Part shown: piece by piece, positions 26,659-30,583 of the stretch | Position numbering within the stretch: position 1 is the stretch's first letter | Layout: the number at the start of each line of letters is the position of its first letter | IMG/VR virus record: IMGVR_UViG_3300025358_000032 | Span: 1-30,583 of that record | DNA from: a virus | Taxonomy: Duplodnaviria > Caudoviricetes | DNA: 30,583 bases | Direction: 5' to 3' (one strand) | Notes under the pieces: model-generated | The model's input: the letters and a program-made list of their open reading frames with translations, nothing else | What the model was told of the DNA's origin: nothing | Database searches by the model: none | Position numbers and translations under genes: made by a program

Positions 26659-27083
26659 CACCGTATGAGTTCCAGGCGTTACTCAAAGCAGCTTCAAAAG
26701 ACTTCCATAGGCTTAACAGTGGAACTACAACAGAAGTATCTACCAATAATAAACCTAAAGCCAAAAAAAATAAGTCTATGGCTAAAAGGTTACGTACCAC
26801 CATCACCGAACCAGATATACGGCAGTCATTGGAGCAAAGCCCACAAGCTGAAACACTCAGCACAACAGGCACTGCTAGACGCATACGTGTCAAGTTCACT
26901 TGCTGGAGGAAGCGACTCCTTGATACCGACAACAAGTTTGGCTCAATCAAGTATTCATTAGACGCATTACGGTATGCAGGTCTATTAAAAGATGACCGTG
27001 AATGTGATATAGAACTGATCGTAGAACAAATCAAATCCACTAACGATAGGGAAGGTACTTCTATCGATTTAGAATACTATTGA
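26655..27083 (+). CDS. rusA: RusA-like Holliday junction resolvase, catalytic half
   Basis: 'RVKFTCWRKRLLDTDNKFGSIKYSLDALRYAGLLKDD' gives the DxDN...K...DAL..AG...DD catalytic signature; its own N-terminus lacks the usual PPSxN element. Confidence 0.8.
   Translation: MTPYEFQALLKAASKDFHRLNSGTTTEVSTNNKPKAKKNKSMAKRLRTTITEPDIRQSLEQSPQAETLSTTGTARRIRVKFTCWRKRLLDTDNKFGSIKYSLDALRYAGLLKDDRECDIELIVEQIKSTNDREGTSIDLEYY
26665..26961 (+). CDS. Nested +1-frame ORF encoding a RusA-like N-terminal element
   Basis: 'ISLWLKGYVPPSPNQIYGSHWSKAHKLKHSAQQALLDA' resembles the RusA strand-1/PPSxN/helix-1 region. Confidence 0.55.
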   Translation: MSSRRYSKQLQKTSIGLTVELQQKYLPIINLKPKKISLWLKGYVPPSPNQIYGSHWSKAHKLKHSAQQALLDAYVSSSLAGGSDSLIPTTSLAQSSIH

Positions 27084-27094
27084 CAATGTTATAC

Positions 27095-27129
27095 AAAACA
27101 ACCCTACTATCATTAAGACAGTAGGGCTG
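27095..27129 (-). terminator. Probable terminator of the minus-strand late/lysis operon
   Basis: CAGCCCUACU/AGUAGGGUUG 10-bp stem (G-U pair works only on the minus strand) followed by UUUUGU. Confidence 0.5.
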
Positions 27130-27165
27130 CATATTGATGCCTGATCTCTGGCAGGGGATCGTCTT

Positions 27166-27193
27166 AACCTCAGTCGTATAGACTGGGGTTTTT
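27166..27193 (+). terminator. Terminator of the plus-strand early operon or of a small RNA
   Basis: AACCUCAGUC-GUAUA-GACUGGGGUU then UUUAUUU. Confidence 0.7.
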
Positions 27194-27407
27194 ATTTCAA
27201 ACGCCAAGTGGCGTAAAGCGTTAATAACGAAAATCCTAAAAAGATTACCAAGACTACTTGGCCTTTAAATCCTTCTAATACGGTTACTCTTCCATTAGTT
27301 TTAATTGTTTGCTCTTTAATCTCTGCAAGCACTTTGTCTTGATTGTCTAGACGCTCAAAGAGTCTAGCAAAGTTGGAGTCGTGTGATTGTGGATTAAATT
27401 CGCTCAT
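27192..27407 (-). CDS. Small coiled-coil protein with C-terminal TM (XhlA/holin-like)
   Basis: 'RLDNQDKVLAEIKEQTIKTNGRVTVLE' followed by a hydrophobic helix. Confidence 0.6.
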   Translation of the reverse strand: MSEFNPQSHDSNFARLFERLDNQDKVLAEIKEQTIKTNGRVTVLEGFKGQVVLVIFLGFSLLTLYATWRLK

Positions 27408-28111
27408 ACCATACCTTTGGTTTTAAGTAGAGCGATGTAGGTGTCAAGAGAATGATACCTTACTAAGTTATAATCATTGACCTTTCCTTCATTTAAAACA
27501 ACTGGATCGCCTATGTGCATCCAAGCCTGATTAAAAGCATACATAGGAACTTGTGTCACTACGTCATAACGTACCGCATAACGTACGACTTCTGACAATA
27601 AAGCCTTAGCACAATTAGCAAATACTTCATCACCACATTTAGGTGAACCAAAGGTAACAAGTGTTCTAGCTTGTATTTCAGTAGCTAGGAGCGTAGCTAA
27701 AGCACCACCAAGGCTATGCCCAGCCACGATAAGGCTATCAGGATCGAGTTTCTTACGCCAAAGGGTATCATCACCCTCTTTTGTCTGTAAATGCAAATAT
27801 AGGCCAAAAAAGCCTTCATGTATCTTACCACTGCAAATAGGTATAGCTGATGTGAACTTAACGTCTAGATCATTAGCCCATTCGCTCCATGCTTCTGTAC
27901 CACGAAATATAACTACCTGACCTTGATCTTCAGCATTGGCTATAAAACCGTATGGTCTCATGCCATCTTTATCTTTACTGTATAGTACGTCAACTAACGT
28001 GTAACCTAAATCAGATAGATCTATAGTAGTAGGATCTGCAAGTTGTGGTAACTTGTAGGCTTTATTGCAAAGCAGTGCTATGACTATATCAGACGGTCTA
28101 GTGTAACTCAT
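27404..28111 (-). CDS. Class 3 lipase (alpha/beta hydrolase)
   Basis: 'VIFRGTE...EW..DL', 'KIHEGF', nucleophile 'AGHSLGGALATL', 'TFGSPKCGD', 'DVVTQVP', C-terminal 'HSL..Y'. Confidence 0.92.
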   Translation of the reverse strand: MSYTRPSDIVIALLCNKAYKLPQLADPTTIDLSDLGYTLVDVLYSKDKDGMRPYGFIANAEDQGQVVIFRGTEAWSEWANDLDVKFTSAIPICSGKIHEGFFGLYLHLQTKEGDDTLWRKKLDPDSLIVAGHSLGGALATLLATEIQARTLVTFGSPKCGDEVFANCAKALLSEVVRYAVRYDVVTQVPMYAFNQAWMHIGDPVVLNEGKVNDYNLVRYHSLDTYIALLKTKGMV

Positions 28112-28230
28112 TTATCTTTGCAGAAAGTTCTGTTCCACCACCAAAACAATATAGATAGCACGATATATGATAAGGCTAATATGCCTACAAATATAGCAAA
28201 TGCCATTAATAACCAATGTACCCAATTCAT
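28108..28230 (-). CDS. Small membrane protein (40 aa)
   Basis: MNWVHWLLMAFAIFVGILALSYIVLSILFWWWNRTFCKDK*; not in the ORF track; ATGA overlaps with both neighbours. Confidence 0.65.
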   Translation of the reverse strand: MNWVHWLLMAFAIFVGILALSYIVLSILFWWWNRTFCKDK

Positions 28231-28541
28231 TTAGTAGGAACAATGACTGGTGGATTTGAACCTGCGGTCAAGCTAGAAGCAGAAAAGCTCCATGTTGTAC
28301 CAATAATTGGAATACCAATATTAGCTTTAACATTAAGAACTGAAAAGCCTGTAGAAGTCCAAGCAACTCCTGTAGCACTTTCGCTATGGCTATAGACAGG
28401 AGTGTTGGTACTTTGGGTAATATCAGCAGCAGAAACATTCATAGCTGCTATTTGGCTAACAAAAGACGAAGCGTTCTTAGTAGCCGTACTAGCACAACTA
28501 CTTAGCAGGAGGGGTATTAACAGGAGTGGTAGGCGTTTCAT
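28227..28541 (-). CDS. Lipoprotein (possible spanin-like lysis component)
   Basis: MKRLPLLLIPLLLSS-C lipobox; beta-rich mature part; located in the lysis cluster. Confidence 0.65.
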   Translation of the reverse strand: MKRLPLLLIPLLLSSCASTATKNASSFVSQIAAMNVSAADITQSTNTPVYSHSESATGVAWTSTGFSVLNVKANIGIPIIGTTWSFSASSLTAGSNPPVIVPTK

Positions 28542-28740
28542 AAGGTTGATTCTTTAAATAGGCTGCAATAACTGTACCTGAAGCTGCTACAAACTCAGCT
28601 ATACTAACAGCCCAGTCGAGCCAATTCATCTGGCTAACTTGCTGGTGACTGACTCCCTTAAACTGTGAAGCAAAGCTATCCGCTAATGCCATAACAATCA
28701 TGCAATAGGCGAATCCATGCTTATTAATATGATCGTTCAT
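28498..28740 (-). CDS. Putative holin
   Basis: 80 aa with two moderately hydrophobic segments and an 'AYL..P' polar tail; sits before the lipoprotein and lipase. Confidence 0.5.
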   Translation of the reverse strand: MNDHINKHGFAYCMIVMALADSFASQFKGVSHQQVSQMNWLDWAVSIAEFVAASGTVIAAYLKNQPYETPTTPVNTPPAK

Positions 28741-29120
28741 GTGTTAGCGTAGAAGCCTTGAGCTGACCAATAGACGTTAGCTGAAGTAGTACCTAGCTTG
28801 ATGCTTAAAGCATTACCAGCACTGCCACGTATAGGCGTAGTGAGGTTGATTATGAGTGGAGATACCTGTGTACCTGATGGGACGTTAGGAGCGTATGCAG
28901 TCCAAATGACAGTAGAACCATCGAGGATAGATACAGTTGTGCCTACAGTTGTAGAGGTATTAGAAACGACTAAGTCTGTAAGATAGTTACGTGATCCTAT
29001 TGTGTTACCATTATAGTCGGTGGTGGAAACAGCAGGAGCAATTTGCGTAGCAGTAGTCGTGGTTAAAGCAGTAGTACCTGACGTGCTCTGCCATTGGTAA
29101 CGTGTAGTTGTAGGAGTCAT
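28737..29120 (-). CDS. Beta-rich virion-associated protein
   Basis: 127 aa, Thr-rich jelly-roll-like ('RNYLTDLVVSN...VSILDGSTVIW...TPIRGSAGNAL...VYWSAQGF'). Confidence 0.55.
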   Translation of the reverse strand: MTPTTTRYQWQSTSGTTALTTTTATQIAPAVSTTDYNGNTIGSRNYLTDLVVSNTSTTVGTTVSILDGSTVIWTAYAPNVPSGTQVSPLIINLTTPIRGSAGNALSIKLGTTSANVYWSAQGFYANT

Positions 29121-29503
29121 TGTGAATTATTAGTTGTTATGGAAAGGTTATTAGTCGTTACGGCTGGCGTTGCAACGGCATTATTCGTCGTGAACGTAAC
29201 AGGCGTAGGATCTTGCAGGGTAAACAACGCTGGAGCTTGTGCTACGTTGGTTGTTACCTCGGGCAAAGGAGCTGTAAACGTGTTAGTCGTACTGTCATAA
29301 TGCCAGCCCATGCCTGCTCCTAATGCTGGTACGCATTTAATTGCCGTAGGATAGACCAATTGCACACAAGCAGGATAATTAAGTGCGTTTACAGGATCGC
29401 TTACCATTACCTCTATCACCGTGCCATCAGCGTCTATAAGAGCATAGTTAGCCGTTTGTCCATAAGCTGCCGTAGCTAAAAGTATAAAGAATAGAGCTTT
29501 CAT
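29117..29503 (-). CDS. Tail-fibre-associated small protein with N-terminal signal-like peptide
   Basis: 'YALID.DG.V.EV.V' and 'AGMGWHYD...NTFTAP' resemble the small partner of Gly-rich fibres; preceded by MKALFFILLATAAYG. Confidence 0.6.
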   Translation of the reverse strand: MKALFFILLATAAYGQTANYALIDADGTVIEVMVSDPVNALNYPACVQLVYPTAIKCVPALGAGMGWHYDSTTNTFTAPLPEVTTNVAQAPALFTLQDPTPVTFTTNNAVATPAVTTNNLSITTNNSQ

Positions 29504-30582
29504 TAGAACGTAATAGAACCGTTAGTTAAGAATGTGTATATCTTGAATCCACCAGATGTAGTCTTAGTGCCGTTTGTTACTGACGTAGCATCAGGATAAG
29601 ATGATGGGTAAGCTAATATGACAATACCTGAACCACCTGCTGCTGAGACACTGTAATAGGTAGAACCACCTGCTCCACCGCCAGTGTTAGTAGCACCAGC
29701 CGATCCTGCACTACTAGAACTTCTAAGTGCCCCATTTCCACCACCACCCATACCAGCATAGCCTATTGTTGTTGTACCACCACCACCCCCACCACCTGCG
29801 TAGGAAGCACCAAATGGGTTTTGTGAGGCTATATAATCACCATAATTTGCTATCGTAAAATTATTAGAAGAAGCATCAGTAAATGTAGGTGCGTTAGCAG
29901 TTAGTAACTGTGTACCACTAATTGCGGTTAAAGGTGCAGTAGGAGGAGTAAATCCTGACGTATAAACAGCAGTGTTTGTTATACGTAAATTAGACATATA
30001 AAAGTTTGTACTAGTGCCATTTGTATTTCCGATCAATAAAGGTACACTTGTATTGATTTGAGGAGATCCGCTTATTGAACCAGTAGCTGAAGATACACCA
30101 TTAATATAAATGGTTAAACTTCCTGCGTTATTAACAAACGCTAAATGTGTCCAAGTGTTTACAGGTATTGCTGTACTAGTTGTAAGAAAATTCGCTGAAC
30201 CTGTATAATAAAAAAAACATACAGTACCATCGCTTAAGGGTCCAAAAGTCCAATATGCGGTATCAGCAGATGGACCAATTTGATTTCCAATTACAGTACT
30301 TTTACTAGTGTAAGTGGCAAAAGTAGTTGGAAATATCCAATACTCCAAAGTATAACTACCACTATACCAATTAAGTAAAGTTGATGTAGGCGAAGATACT
30401 TGGAAATAAGTATTATTGTTTTTGTAAGACCAGCTATACTTTGCTGGGTTGGCTATGTAGGTTGTTAAACCATCGCCTCCGTTACCGCCAACATTACTAG
30501 CTGCATTGCCTCCTAAACCAAAATAGCCACCACCACCACCTGATGAAAAAGGAGTATTAGTATTATATCCATAACCGCCTGC
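29503..30582 (-). CDS. Glycine-rich tail fibre with inserted LamG/ConA domain (5' end outside window)
   Basis: Frame is open from 30582 (AGGYGYN...SGGGGG...GGNGGDG). LamG motifs 'YTLEYWI', 'NTWTHLAFV', 'IYING', 'YMSNLRIT...YT..F.PPTAP'; C-terminal 'GGSGIVILAYP...YTF..NGSITF'. Confidence 0.8.
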   Translation of the reverse strand, partial: AGGYGYNTNTPFSSGGGGGYFGLGGNAASNVGGNGGDGLTTYIANPAKYSWSYKNNNTYFQVSSPTSTLLNWYSGSYTLEYWIFPTTFATYTSKSTVIGNQIGPSADTAYWTFGPLSDGTVCFFYYTGSANFLTTSTAIPVNTWTHLAFVNNAGSLTIYINGVSSATGSISGSPQINTSVPLLIGNTNGTSTNFYMSNLRITNTAVYTSGFTPPTAPLTAISGTQLLTANAPTFTDASSNNFTIANYGDYIASQNPFGASYAGGGGGGGTTTIGYAGMGGGGNGALRSSSSAGSAGATNTGGGAGGSTYYSVSAAGGSGIVILAYPSSYPDATSVTNGTKTTSGGFKIYTFLTNGSITF

Positions 30583-30583
30583 A

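Noticed and set aside
27099-27167. Pistol- or HDV-like ribozyme (hairpin loop UUAAGAC could pseudoknot with GUCUUAA)
   Set aside because: Conserved catalytic nucleotides and helix order do not match; overlapping terminator and sRNA stems explain it more simply.
1-30583. CRISPR array, diversity-generating retroelement, integrase or IS element
   Set aside because: Despite BPP-1-like structural genes, I saw no reverse transcriptase, TR/VR pair, regularly spaced repeats or recombinase/transposase motifs in this window.

Overview
About 30.6 kb of a tailed dsDNA phage genome with podovirus architecture (BPP-1/T7-like head-tail connector, tail tubular proteins A/B, internal virion proteins). A minus-strand morphogenesis operon runs from 19206 to 1: terS, terL, tailspike, portal, scaffold, GroES-like co-chaperonin, capsid, tail tube A/B and ejection proteins. 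A mostly plus-strand early region (19383-27083) holds small ORFs, a beta-class DNA methyltransferase, an RHH regulator, an ssDNA-annealing protein, gp157 and RusA. A second minus-strand late block (30583-27192) holds a Gly-rich/LamG fibre, a holin-like protein, a lipoprotein and a class-3 lipase. No polymerase, primase, helicase, replication initiator or integrase is recognisable. The most unusual part is the minus-strand non-coding cassette at 24110-23420. It reads: boxA-like element, kissing-loop attenuator, a ~210-nt multibranched RNA, and a tRNA-like RNA whose anticodon loop is replaced by a 42-nt two-hairpin insert, followed by a metallophosphoesterase and an HTH-like gene. Also notable are a RusA apparently split between two overlapping reading frames, a structured capsid leader, and a CBM-like module grafted into four different virion proteins. 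All structures were read by eye; nothing was computed or searched.
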